Of a stretch of 64,000 nucleotides of DNA, positions 8,072 to 19,506 are shown one piece after another (position 1 is the stretch's first letter; the number at the start of each line of letters is the position of its first letter). The translations under genes were made by a program, and so were the position numbers. Location of the stretch: positions 1 to 64,000 of the forward strand of contig LSRY02000047.1 of assembly GCA_001643675.2 (NCBI GenBank). The letters run 5' to 3'. The notes below the pieces were generated by a model. It searched no databases. It was not told the origin of the DNA and saw only the letters and a list, made by a program, of their open reading frames with translations. The DNA comes from Monocercomonoides exilis PA203. Taxonomy: Eukaryota; Protista; Preaxostyla.

Positions 8072-9310
8072 ATGTCTATTGTGAAGTTTACACCTGGTCA
8101 ATTAACAACAGGCTTACCTAGAAAATTATTTAATACTTTTATGTCTAGGACTACTCCTCAGACTAGGGCTAGGATTTTCCATGGTGCTGTAGGGTTAGGT
8201 AGAACAGCTTTAGGTTATGTTGCTAATGCTGCTCGTACAGCCTATCGAAATGATAGATTAAATCGTTCTAGGGTTAGCTTATCTAAAATGATAGGTCAGG
8301 GAAGAGTGCAGAATTGGAAACAGATTAAGCAAACTGGAACAGGTAAAAAGATTCATAGGAGAGGAAGGCGTAGTAGATATAGAATTAGAAGGATAAAAGC
8401 TCGTAAGTATCGTATTAGAAAGAGAAAATATTTAGGCTGGCTATATAAGAATAGACCTCCAATTTATCAGTCATATCATGGTGGTGAATTTAAATTTAGT
8501 CTTTACAATATGGCTGTTTATGTAGGTGATCAAAGTGTAGAAGAGTATCCTTCTGATAGTATATATTCATTTAGGGTTACTGGTGAAGTTCCTCCTCAGT
8601 TAGAGTCTCCTAAAGTTGATTATATTTTGTATAAGCAACGGTGGGAGTTTATAATTAATATACAAGCTGGATCTCTTCAGCCTTCTGCTTTTACTCATGC
8701 TTATGTTAGAGTATTGGTGTTTAGAAAGTGGGGTAGTGATATAACGAACTCGTTACAAACTAGTTTATGGTCTATGTTTAAAAATCCTGCTATTATGACT
8801 AGTGGTTATGTCACCGGTTTTAGACGTAGGTGGTGCAAAGAATTTGGAGTTCAATTATATCAGGATAAATTGCTTAGAATCAGTGATGAGACTAATTGGA
8901 CAACTGAGTTTAAGTGTAATTTCTATCCTAATATTCATTCAAGATATAACTCTACTTTTGATCAAGATTATTGGCATTATCAGATATATCTTATAGGTGG
9001 TTATGGCCCTGAAGATAAGTTTAATAATTTATGGAATGGTTCTGGTTCTTCGGAGTTGAATGTTAGTGTTAAATATATTAGACTTAATCAATGGAAGTAT
9101 GTGTCTGGGATGCCTCTTACTGCTGGTCAGTTGGATGTATTTAAGGTTTCTGGTATCCCAGATAAAATTCAGAGCAATCAACCTCGAATCGGTGGAGTTG
9201 ATGTAAATGTGGACAGTGGCGGAGAGGGAAAAGATCTGGCCAGTGAAAGCGGCGCCTCCAGTTCCGCCCCTGTTCATAACAAATCTTTTAATATTTTGCA
9301 TGATGATTAA
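8072..9310 (+). CDS. cap: Putative capsid protein, strain B
   Basis: Same protein as 5212-6450. Confidence 0.8.
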   Translation: MSIVKFTPGQLTTGLPRKLFNTFMSRTTPQTRARIFHGAVGLGRTALGYVANAARTAYRNDRLNRSRVSLSKMIGQGRVQNWKQIKQTGTGKKIHRRGRRSRYRIRRIKARKYRIRKRKYLGWLYKNRPPIYQSYHGGEFKFSLYNMAVYVGDQSVEEYPSDSIYSFRVTGEVPPQLESPKVDYILYKQRWEFIINIQAGSLQPSAFTHAYVRVLVFRKWGSDITNSLQTSLWSMFKNPAIMTSGYVTGFRRRWCKEFGVQLYQDKLLRISDETNWTTEFKCNFYPNIHSRYNSTFDQDYWHYQIYLIGGYGPEDKFNNLWNGSGSSELNVSVKYIRLNQWKYVSGMPLTAGQLDVFKVSGIPDKIQSNQPRIGGVDVNVDSGGEGKDLASESGASSSAPVHNKSFNILHDD

Positions 9311-9400
9311 ATTTTTTATAAACATTTCATTTTAAATTAACACGCATGTTATAACTGTACAGAAGTGACTATATAAAAAATAAAAATGAATTAAAAAGTA

Positions 9401-10355
9401 TTAATTTATTTCTTGTTCTTCGTCATTGTTAGGTTCCGTGTTTTGTGTCTCCAAGAAGTTAGAAGGTAATGGTGTTTCTTCTGATTCTATGTCAATGATT
9501 GTTACTCTTTCTCTGATTTGCATGACGTCTTCATTTCTTAAGGATTTCATTTTGTTTAGCCATTCGCTTTCTGGTCCGACGATGTCTGTGAAGTATACTA
9601 CGTCAGCTATGAAAACAGTTGAACCACCCTTTACAGGTACAGTAGGGTTGTACCAAGGATCACAAAGTTTTAGCCATAGATTGAATGGCAAACCACAATC
9701 TGCTCTAAAGTCGTCGAATATAGCTATCTCTTCTCCACTGTAGTTATCTATGAACGAACCTGTTTGTGGCCAATGGTAAATTCTCATACCGAATAATGTT
9801 TGCATTTCTTGAGCTCGTGTTTCAACTAATCTGGTTTTTCCTGTTCTTGCTTTTCCGTGAACCCAAAATACTTTGCGTGGTTCTTTTCTCATGCCTTGTT
9901 TTGTCCATACTTTTAGATAGGATAAATCCTTGATACCTTTTGAATGTAGGATAAATTGATCAGGATGCTCTTCAGATATTTCCATTATAGATTTACCTTC
10001 AGCTATTTTATCTGCTACTATTTTTAGGTCTGATCTTTTACCCTGAATTGGGCAACTTCCATACTCCTCAAAATCCCCATCCTTTTGATGTAGTCAATAC
10101 ATGCTTTTGCTCCTTTTTAGGAACTTCAATATCTGCTCTTGGACACAGAGCTTTCATAGCATCGAAAGATCTAGGGTTCTCTAGCTGTATGAACACGTGC
10201 AAATGTGGTGTGCCTGTGCTTGGTGCTTTCTCCTTGCCTATTATCATATACTTGCAGCGGACATCCAGCAACGCTTGGTACTCTTCCGGTGTGAAATTAT
10301 TAAGTGTTAAGAAGTATGATCTATGTCTGTTTTGTTTTTGTTGAATTCTCGGCAT
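9401..10355 (-). pseudogene. rep: Rep, strain B, with two 1-nt deletions in T-runs (possibly sequencing errors)
   Basis: T5>T4 near 10083 and T6>T5 near 10114 split the ORF; otherwise matches the intact Rep. Confidence 0.7.
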
Positions 10356-10378
10356 TATATCTTCTGATCTATGGGTGA

Positions 10379-10416
10379 CACGGAAGTTGCCCTTAATATT
10401 ACTGGCAACTTCCGTG
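10379..10416 (+). promoter_or_regulatory. Origin hairpin 4
   Basis: Same stem; TAATATTAC at 10394. Confidence 0.95.
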
Positions 10417-10458
10417 CAACTTCCGTGCTTCCGAAATAATTATGGGTGTGATCGATTT

Positions 10459-10863
10459 ATGGAAGTGTTAACCGATGAAATGTGGTTTATTGATGTTCCT
10501 GTCACTTTGGAAGCATTTGAAGAAGATGTTAGTGAGAATTGGGCACCTCGCTGGACACGTGCTTGGGGTTTACAAATGAAGAATGCTATGGAATACTTAG
10601 ATTTATTGCAGCGTGTTAGTGATAAAGCATGGGAGAAATTTGCTAAGCTGCATGATTGGATGGTGTTTAAGAATCGCAGACGACCTCGAGGATTACGTAA
10701 GCAAGGTTCTAAAGATAGGCAATTAGTCGCATGGAGAAAATTGTTATATAAATTTTTGAAGTCTCATTTTAATAATTATTTAAGGAATCATAATCAGATA
10801 TTTTATGAATTTCATGGTGCATGGAATAATCCTTATATTTTAAGAGAAATTAATTATTATTAA
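10459..10863 (+). CDS. Viral ORF-X, strain B
   Basis: Same protein as 4741-5145. Confidence 0.75.
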   Translation: MEVLTDEMWFIDVPVTLEAFEEDVSENWAPRWTRAWGLQMKNAMEYLDLLQRVSDKAWEKFAKLHDWMVFKNRRRPRGLRKQGSKDRQLVAWRKLLYKFLKSHFNNYLRNHNQIFYEFHGAWNNPYILREINYY

Positions 10864-10929
10864 CCATAATTTTATTTTATATGTCTTGATTTTGATCATG
10901 AAATTCCTTCTTTTCCACATCAGTATTTT

Positions 10930-12168
10930 ATGTCTATTGTGAAGTTTACACCTGGTCAATTAACAACAGGCTTACCTAGAAAATTATTTAATACTTTTAT
11001 GTCTAGGACTACTCCTCAGACTAGGGCTAGGATTTTCCATGGTGCTGTAGGGTTAGGTAGAACAGCTTTAGGTTATGTTGCTAATGCTGCTCGTACAGCC
11101 TATCGAAATGATAGATTAAATCGTTCTAGGGTTAGCTTATCTAAAATGATAGGTCAGGGAAGAGTGCAGAATTGGAAACAGATTAAGCAAACTGGAACAG
11201 GTAAAAAGATTCATAGGAGAGGAAGGCGTAGTAGATATAGAATTAGAAGGATAAAAGCTCGTAAGTATCGTATTAGAAAGAGAAAATATTTAGGCTGGCT
11301 ATATAAGAATAGACCTCCAATTTATCAGTCATATCATGGTGGTGAATTTAAATTTAGTCTTTACAATATGGCTGTTTATGTAGGTGATCAAAGTGTAGAA
11401 GAGTATCCTTCTGATAGTATATATTCATTTAGGGTTACTGGTGAAGTTCCTCCTCAGTTAGAGTCTCCTAAAGTTGATTATATTTTGTATAAGCAACGGT
11501 GGGAGTTTATAATTAATATACAAGCTGGATCTCTTCAGCCTTCTGCTTTTACTCATGCTTATGTTAGAGTATTGGTGTTTAGAAAGTGGGGTAGTGATAT
11601 AACGAACTCGTTACAAACTAGTTTATGGTCTATGTTTAAAAATCCTGCTATTATGACTAGTGGTTATGTCACCGGTTTTAGACGTAGGTGGTGCAAAGAA
11701 TTTGGAGTTCAATTATATCAGGATAAATTGCTTAGAATCAGTGATGAGACTAATTGGACAACTGAGTTTAAGTGTAATTTCTATCCTAATATTCATTCAA
11801 GATATAACTCTACTTTTGATCAAGATTATTGGCATTATCAGATATATCTTATAGGTGGTTATGGCCCTGAAGATAAGTTTAATAATTTATGGAATGGTTC
11901 TGGTTCTTCGGAGTTGAATGTTAGTGTTAAATATATTAGACTTAATCAATGGAAGTATGTGTCTGGGATGCCTCTTACTGCTGGTCAGTTGGATGTATTT
12001 AAGGTTTCTGGTATCCCAGATAAAATTCAGAGCAATCAACCTCGAATCGGTGGAGTTGATGTAAATGTGGACAGTGGCGGAGAGGGAAAAGATCTGGCCA
12101 GTGAAAGCGGCGCCTCCAGTTCCGCCCCTGTTCATAACAAATCTTTTAATATTTTGCATGATGATTAA
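10930..12168 (+). CDS. cap: Putative capsid protein, strain B
   Basis: Same protein as 5212-6450. Confidence 0.8.
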   Translation: MSIVKFTPGQLTTGLPRKLFNTFMSRTTPQTRARIFHGAVGLGRTALGYVANAARTAYRNDRLNRSRVSLSKMIGQGRVQNWKQIKQTGTGKKIHRRGRRSRYRIRRIKARKYRIRKRKYLGWLYKNRPPIYQSYHGGEFKFSLYNMAVYVGDQSVEEYPSDSIYSFRVTGEVPPQLESPKVDYILYKQRWEFIINIQAGSLQPSAFTHAYVRVLVFRKWGSDITNSLQTSLWSMFKNPAIMTSGYVTGFRRRWCKEFGVQLYQDKLLRISDETNWTTEFKCNFYPNIHSRYNSTFDQDYWHYQIYLIGGYGPEDKFNNLWNGSGSSELNVSVKYIRLNQWKYVSGMPLTAGQLDVFKVSGIPDKIQSNQPRIGGVDVNVDSGGEGKDLASESGASSSAPVHNKSFNILHDD

Positions 12169-12258
12169 ATTTTTTATAAACATTTCATTTTAAATTAACA
12201 CGCATGTTATAACTGTACAGAAGTGACTATATAAAAAATAAAAATGAATTAAAAAGTA

Positions 12259-13215
12259 TTAATTTATTTCTTGTTCTTCGTCATTGTTAGGTTCCGTGTT
12301 TTGTGTCTCCAAGAAGTTAGAAGGTAATGGTGTTTCTTCTGATTCTATGTCAATGATTGTTACTCTTTCTCTGATTTGCATGACGTCTTCATTTCTTAAG
12401 GATTTCATTTTGTTTAGCCATTCGCTTTCTGGTCCGACGATGTCTGTGAAGTATACTACGTCAGCTATGAAAACAGTTGAACCACCCTTTACAGGTACAG
12501 TAGGGTTGTACCAAGGATCACAAAGTTTTAGCCATAGATTGAATGGCAAACCACAATCTGCTCTAAAGTCGTCGAATATAGCTATCTCTTCTCCACTGTA
12601 GTTATCTATGAACGAACCTGTTTGTGGCCAATGGTAAATTCTCATACCGAATAATGTTTGCATTTCTTGAGCTCGTGTTTCAACTAATCTGGTTTTTCCT
12701 GTTCTTGCTTTTCCGTGAACCCAAAATACTTTGCGTGGTTCTTTTCTCATGCCTTGTTTTGTCCATACTTTTAGATAGGATAAATCCTTGATACCTTTTG
12801 AATGTAGGATAAATTGATCAGGATGCTCTTCAGATATTTCCATTATAGATTTACCTTCAGCTATTTTATCTGCTACTATTTTTAGGTCTGATCTTTTACC
12901 CTGAATTGGGCAACTTCCATACTCCTCAAAATCCCCATCCTTTTTGATGTAGTCAATACATGCTTTTGCTCCTTTTTTAGGAACTTCAATATCTGCTCTT
13001 GGACACAGAGCTTTCATAGCATCGAAAGATCTAGGGTTCTCTAGCTGTATGAACACGTGCAAATGTGGTGTGCCTGTGCTTGGTGCTTTCTCCTTGCCTA
13101 TTATCATATACTTGCAGCGGACATCCAGCAACGCTTGGTACTCTTCCGGTGTGAAATTATTAAGTGTTAAGAAGTATGATCTATGTCTGTTTTGTTTTTG
13201 TTGAATTCTCGGCAT
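12259..13215 (-). CDS. rep: Rep, strain B (intact)
   Basis: Same protein as 6541-7497. Confidence 0.95.
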   Translation of the reverse strand: MPRIQQKQNRHRSYFLTLNNFTPEEYQALLDVRCKYMIIGKEKAPSTGTPHLHVFIQLENPRSFDAMKALCPRADIEVPKKGAKACIDYIKKDGDFEEYGSCPIQGKRSDLKIVADKIAEGKSIMEISEEHPDQFILHSKGIKDLSYLKVWTKQGMRKEPRKVFWVHGKARTGKTRLVETRAQEMQTLFGMRIYHWPQTGSFIDNYSGEEIAIFDDFRADCGLPFNLWLKLCDPWYNPTVPVKGGSTVFIADVVYFTDIVGPESEWLNKMKSLRNEDVMQIRERVTIIDIESEETPLPSNFLETQNTEPNNDEEQEIN

Positions 13216-13238
13216 TATATCTTCTGATCTATGGGTGA

Positions 13239-13276
13239 CACGGAAGTTGCCCTTAATATTACTGGCAACTTCCGTG
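13239..13276 (+). promoter_or_regulatory. Origin hairpin 5
   Basis: Same stem; TAATATTAC at 13254. Confidence 0.95.
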
Positions 13277-13318
13277 CAACTTCCGTGCTTCCGAAATAAT
13301 TATGGGTGTGATCGATTT

Positions 13319-13723
13319 ATGGAAGTGTTAACCGATGAAATGTGGTTTATTGATGTTCCTGTCACTTTGGAAGCATTTGAAGAAGATGTTAGTGAGAATT
13401 GGGCACCTCGCTGGACACGTGCTTGGGGTTTACAAATGAAGAATGCTATGGAATACTTAGATTTATTGCAGCGTGTTAGTGATAAAGCATGGGAGAAATT
13501 TGCTAAGCTGCATGATTGGATGGTGTTTAAGAATCGCAGACGACCTCGAGGATTACGTAAGCAAGGTTCTAAAGATAGGCAATTAGTCGCATGGAGAAAA
13601 TTGTTATATAAATTTTTGAAGTCTCATTTTAATAATTATTTAAGGAATCATAATCAGATATTTTATGAATTTCATGGTGCATGGAATAATCCTTATATTT
13701 TAAGAGAAATTAATTATTATTAA
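13319..13723 (+). CDS. Viral ORF-X, strain B
   Basis: Same protein as 4741-5145. Confidence 0.75.
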   Translation: MEVLTDEMWFIDVPVTLEAFEEDVSENWAPRWTRAWGLQMKNAMEYLDLLQRVSDKAWEKFAKLHDWMVFKNRRRPRGLRKQGSKDRQLVAWRKLLYKFLKSHFNNYLRNHNQIFYEFHGAWNNPYILREINYY

Positions 13724-13789
13724 CCATAATTTTATTTTATATGTCTTGATTTTGATCATGAAATTCCTTCTTTTCCACATCAGTATTTT

Positions 13790-15028
13790 ATGTCTATTGT
13801 GAAGTTTACACCTGGTCAATTAACAACAGGCTTACCTAGAAAATTATTTAATACTTTTATGTCTAGGACTACTCCTCAGACTAGGGCTAGGATTTTCCAT
13901 GGTGCTGTAGGGTTAGGTAGAACAGCTTTAGGTTATGTTGCTAATGCTGCTCGTACAGCCTATCGAAATGATAGATTAAATCGTTCTAGGGTTAGCTTAT
14001 CTAAAATGATAGGTCAGGGAAGAGTGCAGAATTGGAAACAGATTAAGCAAACTGGAACAGGTAAAAAGATTCATAGGAGAGGAAGGCGTAGTAGATATAG
14101 AATTAGAAGGATAAAAGCTCGTAAGTATCGTATTAGAAAGAGAAAATATTTAGGCTGGCTATATAAGAATAGACCTCCAATTTATCAGTCATATCATGGT
14201 GGTGAATTTAAATTTAGTCTTTACAATATGGCTGTTTATGTAGGTGATCAAAGTGTAGAAGAGTATCCTTCTGATAGTATATATTCATTTAGGGTTACTG
14301 GTGAAGTTCCTCCTCAGTTAGAGTCTCCTAAAGTTGATTATATTTTGTATAAGCAACGGTGGGAGTTTATAATTAATATACAAGCTGGATCTCTTCAGCC
14401 TTCTGCTTTTACTCATGCTTATGTTAGAGTATTGGTGTTTAGAAAGTGGGGTAGTGATATAACGAACTCGTTACAAACTAGTTTATGGTCTATGTTTAAA
14501 AATCCTGCTATTATGACTAGTGGTTATGTCACCGGTTTTAGACGTAGGTGGTGCAAAGAATTTGGAGTTCAATTATATCAGGATAAATTGCTTAGAATCA
14601 GTGATGAGACTAATTGGACAACTGAGTTTAAGTGTAATTTCTATCCTAATATTCATTCAAGATATAACTCTACTTTTGATCAAGATTATTGGCATTATCA
14701 GATATATCTTATAGGTGGTTATGGCCCTGAAGATAAGTTTAATAATTTATGGAATGGTTCTGGTTCTTCGGAGTTGAATGTTAGTGTTAAATATATTAGA
14801 CTTAATCAATGGAAGTATGTGTCTGGGATGCCTCTTACTGCTGGTCAGTTGGATGTATTTAAGGTTTCTGGTATCCCAGATAAAATTCAGAGCAATCAAC
14901 CTCGAATCGGTGGAGTTGATGTAAATGTGGACAGTGGCGGAGAGGGAAAAGATCTGGCCAGTGAAAGCGGCGCCTCCAGTTCCGCCCCTGTTCATAACAA
15001 ATCTTTTAATATTTTGCATGATGATTAA
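13790..15028 (+). CDS. cap: Putative capsid protein, strain B
   Basis: Same protein as 5212-6450. Confidence 0.8.
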   Translation: MSIVKFTPGQLTTGLPRKLFNTFMSRTTPQTRARIFHGAVGLGRTALGYVANAARTAYRNDRLNRSRVSLSKMIGQGRVQNWKQIKQTGTGKKIHRRGRRSRYRIRRIKARKYRIRKRKYLGWLYKNRPPIYQSYHGGEFKFSLYNMAVYVGDQSVEEYPSDSIYSFRVTGEVPPQLESPKVDYILYKQRWEFIINIQAGSLQPSAFTHAYVRVLVFRKWGSDITNSLQTSLWSMFKNPAIMTSGYVTGFRRRWCKEFGVQLYQDKLLRISDETNWTTEFKCNFYPNIHSRYNSTFDQDYWHYQIYLIGGYGPEDKFNNLWNGSGSSELNVSVKYIRLNQWKYVSGMPLTAGQLDVFKVSGIPDKIQSNQPRIGGVDVNVDSGGEGKDLASESGASSSAPVHNKSFNILHDD

Positions 15029-15118
15029 ATTTTTTATAAACATTTCATTTTAAATTAACACGCATGTTATAACTGTACAGAAGTGACTATATAAAAAATA
15101 AAAATGAATTAAAAAGTA

Positions 15119-16074
15119 TTAATTTATTTCTTGTTCTTCGTCATTGTTAGGTTCCGTGTTTTGTGTCTCCAAGAAGTTAGAAGGTAATGGTGTTTCTTCT
15201 GATTCTATGTCAATGATTGTTACTCTTTCTCTGATTTGCATGACGTCTTCATTTCTTAAGGATTTCATTTTGTTTAGCCATTCGCTTTCTGGTCCGACGA
15301 TGTCTGTGAAGTATACTACGTCAGCTATGAAAACAGTTGAACCACCCTTTACAGGTACAGTAGGGTTGTACCAAGGATCACAAAGTTTTAGCCATAGATT
15401 GAATGGCAAACCACAATCTGCTCTAAAGTCGTCGAATATAGCTATCTCTTCTCCACTGTAGTTATCTATGAACGAACCTGTTTGTGGCCAATGGTAAATT
15501 CTCATACCGAATAATGTTTGCATTTCTTGAGCTCGTGTTTCAACTAATCTGGTTTTTCCTGTTCTTGCTTTTCCGTGAACCCAAAATACTTTGCGTGGTT
15601 CTTTTCTCATGCCTTGTTTTGTCCATACTTTTAGATAGGATAAATCCTTGATACCTTTTGAATGTAGGATAAATTGATCAGGATGCTCTTCAGATATTTC
15701 CATTATAGATTTACCTTCAGCTATTTTATCTGCTACTATTTTTAGGTCTGATCTTTTACCCTGAATTGGGCAACTTCCATACTCCTCAAAATCCCCATCC
15801 TTTTGATGTAGTCAATACATGCTTTTGCTCCTTTTTTAGGAACTTCAATATCTGCTCTTGGACACAGAGCTTTCATAGCATCGAAAGATCTAGGGTTCTC
15901 TAGCTGTATGAACACGTGCAAATGTGGTGTGCCTGTGCTTGGTGCTTTCTCCTTGCCTATTATCATATACTTGCAGCGGACATCCAGCAACGCTTGGTAC
16001 TCTTCCGGTGTGAAATTATTAAGTGTTAAGAAGTATGATCTATGTCTGTTTTGTTTTTGTTGAATTCTCGGCAT
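15119..16074 (-). pseudogene. rep: Rep, strain B, with one 1-nt deletion in a T-run (possibly a sequencing error)
   Basis: T5>T4 near 15801 shifts the frame after DYIK. Confidence 0.7.
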
Positions 16075-16097
16075 TATATTTTCTGTTTTATGGGTGA

Positions 16098-16135
16098 CAC
16101 GGAAGTTGCCCTTAATATTACTGGCAACTTCCGTG
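16098..16135 (+). promoter_or_regulatory. Origin hairpin 6
   Basis: Same stem; TAATATTAC at 16113. Confidence 0.95.
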
Positions 16136-16177
16136 CAACTTCCGTGCTTCCGAAATAATTATGGGTGTGATCGATTT

Positions 16178-16582
16178 ATGGAAGTGTTAACCGATGAAAT
16201 GTGGTTTATTGATGTTCCTGTCACTTTGGAAGCATTTGAAGAAGATGTTAGTGAGAATTGGGCACCTCGCTGGACACGTGCTTGGGGTTTACAAATGAAG
16301 AATGCTATGGAATACTTAGATTTATTGCAGCGTGTTAGTGATAAAGCATGGGAGAAATTTGCTAAGCTGCATGATTGGATGGTGTTTAAGAATCGCAGAC
16401 GACCTCGAGGATTACGTAAGCAAGGTTCTAAAGATAGGCAATTAGTCGCATGGAGAAAATTGTTATATAAATTTTTGAAGTCTCATTTTAATAATTATTT
16501 AAGGAATCATAATCAGATATTTTATGAATTTCATGGTGCATGGAATAATCCTTATATTTTAAGAGAAATTAATTATTATTAA
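16178..16582 (+). CDS. Viral ORF-X, strain B
   Basis: Same protein as 4741-5145. Confidence 0.75.
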   Translation: MEVLTDEMWFIDVPVTLEAFEEDVSENWAPRWTRAWGLQMKNAMEYLDLLQRVSDKAWEKFAKLHDWMVFKNRRRPRGLRKQGSKDRQLVAWRKLLYKFLKSHFNNYLRNHNQIFYEFHGAWNNPYILREINYY

Positions 16583-16648
16583 CCATAATTTTATTTTATA
16601 TGTCTTGATTTTGATCATGAAATTCCTTCTTTTCCACATCAGTATTTT

Positions 16649-17887
16649 ATGTCTATTGTGAAGTTTACACCTGGTCAATTAACAACAGGCTTACCTAGAA
16701 AATTATTTAATACTTTTATGTCTAGGACTACTCCTCAGACTAGGGCTAGGATTTTCCATGGTGCTGTAGGGTTAGGTAGAACAGCTTTAGGTTATGTTGC
16801 TAATGCTGCTCGTACAGCCTATCGAAATGATAGATTAAATCGTTCTAGGGTTAGCTTATCTAAAATGATAGGTCAGGGAAGAGTGCAGAATTGGAAACAG
16901 ATTAAGCAAACTGGAACAGGTAAAAAGATTCATAGGAGAGGAAGGCGTAGTAGATATAGAATTAGAAGGATAAAAGCTCGTAAGTATCGTATTAGAAAGA
17001 GAAAATATTTAGGCTGGCTATATAAGAATAGACCTCCAATTTATCAGTCATATCATGGTGGTGAATTTAAATTTAGTCTTTACAATATGGCTGTTTATGT
17101 AGGTGATCAAAGTGTAGAAGAGTATCCTTCTGATAGTATATATTCATTTAGGGTTACTGGTGAAGTTCCTCCTCAGTTAGAGTCTCCTAAAGTTGATTAT
17201 ATTTTGTATAAGCAACGGTGGGAGTTTATAATTAATATACAAGCTGGATCTCTTCAGCCTTCTGCTTTTACTCATGCTTATGTTAGAGTATTGGTGTTTA
17301 GAAAGTGGGGTAGTGATATAACGAACTCGTTACAAACTAGTTTATGGTCTATGTTTAAAAATCCTGCTATTATGACTAGTGGTTATGTCACCGGTTTTAG
17401 ACGTAGGTGGTGCAAAGAATTTGGAGTTCAATTATATCAGGATAAATTGCTTAGAATCAGTGATGAGACTAATTGGACAACTGAGTTTAAGTGTAATTTC
17501 TATCCTAATATTCATTCAAGATATAACTCTACTTTTGATCAAGATTATTGGCATTATCAGATATATCTTATAGGTGGTTATGGCCCTGAAGATAAGTTTA
17601 ATAATTTATGGAATGGTTCTGGTTCTTCGGAGTTGAATGTTAGTGTTAAATATATTAGACTTAATCAATGGAAGTATGTGTCTGGGATGCCTCTTACTGC
17701 TGGTCAGTTGGATGTATTTAAGGTTTCTGGTATCCCAGATAAAATTCAGAGCAATCAACCTCGAATCGGTGGAGTTGATGTAAATGTGGACAGTGGCGGA
17801 GAGGGAAAAGATCTGGCCAGTGAAAGCGGCGCCTCCAGTTCCGCCCCTGTTCATAACAAATCTTTTAATATTTTGCATGATGATTAA
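16649..17887 (+). CDS. cap: Putative capsid protein, strain B
   Basis: Same protein as 5212-6450. Confidence 0.8.
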   Translation: MSIVKFTPGQLTTGLPRKLFNTFMSRTTPQTRARIFHGAVGLGRTALGYVANAARTAYRNDRLNRSRVSLSKMIGQGRVQNWKQIKQTGTGKKIHRRGRRSRYRIRRIKARKYRIRKRKYLGWLYKNRPPIYQSYHGGEFKFSLYNMAVYVGDQSVEEYPSDSIYSFRVTGEVPPQLESPKVDYILYKQRWEFIINIQAGSLQPSAFTHAYVRVLVFRKWGSDITNSLQTSLWSMFKNPAIMTSGYVTGFRRRWCKEFGVQLYQDKLLRISDETNWTTEFKCNFYPNIHSRYNSTFDQDYWHYQIYLIGGYGPEDKFNNLWNGSGSSELNVSVKYIRLNQWKYVSGMPLTAGQLDVFKVSGIPDKIQSNQPRIGGVDVNVDSGGEGKDLASESGASSSAPVHNKSFNILHDD

Positions 17888-17977
17888 ATTTTTTATAAAC
17901 ATTTCATTTTAAATTAACACGCATGTTATAACTGTACAGAAGTGACTATATAAAAAATAAAAATGAATTAAAAAGTA

Positions 17978-18932
17978 TTAATTTATTTCTTGTTCTTCGT
18001 CATTGTTAGGTTCCGTGTTTTGTGTCTCCAAGAAGTTAGAAGGTAATGGTGTTTCTTCTGATTCTATGTCAATGATTGTTACTCTTTCTCTGATTTGCAT
18101 GACGTCTTCATTTCTTAAGGATTTCATTTTGTTTAGCCATTCGCTTTCTGGTCCGACGATGTCTGTGAAGTATACTACGTCAGCTATGAAAACAGTTGAA
18201 CCACCCTTTACAGGTACAGTAGGGTTGTACCAAGGATCACAAAGTTTTAGCCATAGATTGAATGGCAAACCACAATCTGCTCTAAAGTCGTCGAATATAG
18301 CTATCTCTTCTCCACTGTAGTTATCTATGAACGAACCTGTTTGTGGCCAATGGTAAATTCTCATACCGAATAATGTTTGCATTTCTTGAGCTCGTGTTTC
18401 AACTAATCTGGTTTTTCCTGTTCTTGCTTTTCCGTGAACCCAAAATACTTTGCGTGGTTCTTTTCTCATGCCTTGTTTTGTCCATACTTTTAGATAGGAT
18501 AAATCCTTGATACCTTTTGAATGTAGGATAAATTGATCAGGATGCTCTTCAGATATTTCCATTATAGATTTACCTTCAGCTATTTTATCTGCTACTATTT
18601 TTAGGTCTGATCTTTTACCCTGAATTGGGCAACTTCCATACTCCTCAAAATCCCCATCCTTTTGATGTAGTCAATACATGCTTTTGCTCCTTTTTAGGAA
18701 CTTCAATATCTGCTCTTGGACACAGAGCTTTCATAGCATCGAAAGATCTAGGGTTCTCTAGCTGTATGAACACGTGCAAATGTGGTGTGCCTGTGCTTGG
18801 TGCTTTCTCCTTGCCTATTATCATATACTTGCAGCGGACATCCAGCAACGCTTGGTACTCTTCCGGTGTGAAATTATTAAGTGTTAAGAAGTATGATCTA
18901 TGTCTGTTTTGTTTTTGTTGAATTCTCGGCAT
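17978..18932 (-). pseudogene. rep: Rep, strain B, with two 1-nt deletions in T-runs (possibly sequencing errors)
   Basis: Same two homopolymer deletions as the 9401-10355 copy. Confidence 0.7.
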
Positions 18933-18955
18933 TATATCTTCTGATCTATGGGTGA

Positions 18956-18993
18956 CACGGAAGTTGCCCTTAATATTACTGGCAACTTCCGTG
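18956..18993 (+). promoter_or_regulatory. Origin hairpin 7
   Basis: Same stem; TAATATTAC at 18971. Confidence 0.95.
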
Positions 18994-19035
18994 CAACTTC
19001 CGTGCTTCCGAAATAATTATGGGTGTGATCGATTT

Positions 19036-19440
19036 ATGGAAGTGTTAACCGATGAAATGTGGTTTATTGATGTTCCTGTCACTTTGGAAGCATTTGAAGA
19101 AGATGTTAGTGAGAATTGGGCACCTCGCTGGACACGTGCTTGGGGTTTACAAATGAAGAATGCTATGGAATACTTAGATTTATTGCAGCGTGTTAGTGAT
19201 AAAGCATGGGAGAAATTTGCTAAGCTGCATGATTGGATGGTGTTTAAGAATCGCAGACGACCTCGAGGATTACGTAAGCAAGGTTCTAAAGATAGGCAAT
19301 TAGTCGCATGGAGAAAATTGTTATATAAATTTTTGAAGTCTCATTTTAATAATTATTTAAGGAATCATAATCAGATATTTTATGAATTTCATGGTGCATG
19401 GAATAATCCTTATATTTTAAGAGAAATTAATTATTATTAA
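19036..19440 (+). CDS. Viral ORF-X, strain B
   Basis: Same protein as 4741-5145. Confidence 0.75.
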   Translation: MEVLTDEMWFIDVPVTLEAFEEDVSENWAPRWTRAWGLQMKNAMEYLDLLQRVSDKAWEKFAKLHDWMVFKNRRRPRGLRKQGSKDRQLVAWRKLLYKFLKSHFNNYLRNHNQIFYEFHGAWNNPYILREINYY

Positions 19441-19506
19441 CCATAATTTTATTTTATATGTCTTGATTTTGATCATGAAATTCCTTCTTTTCCACATCAG
19501 TATTTT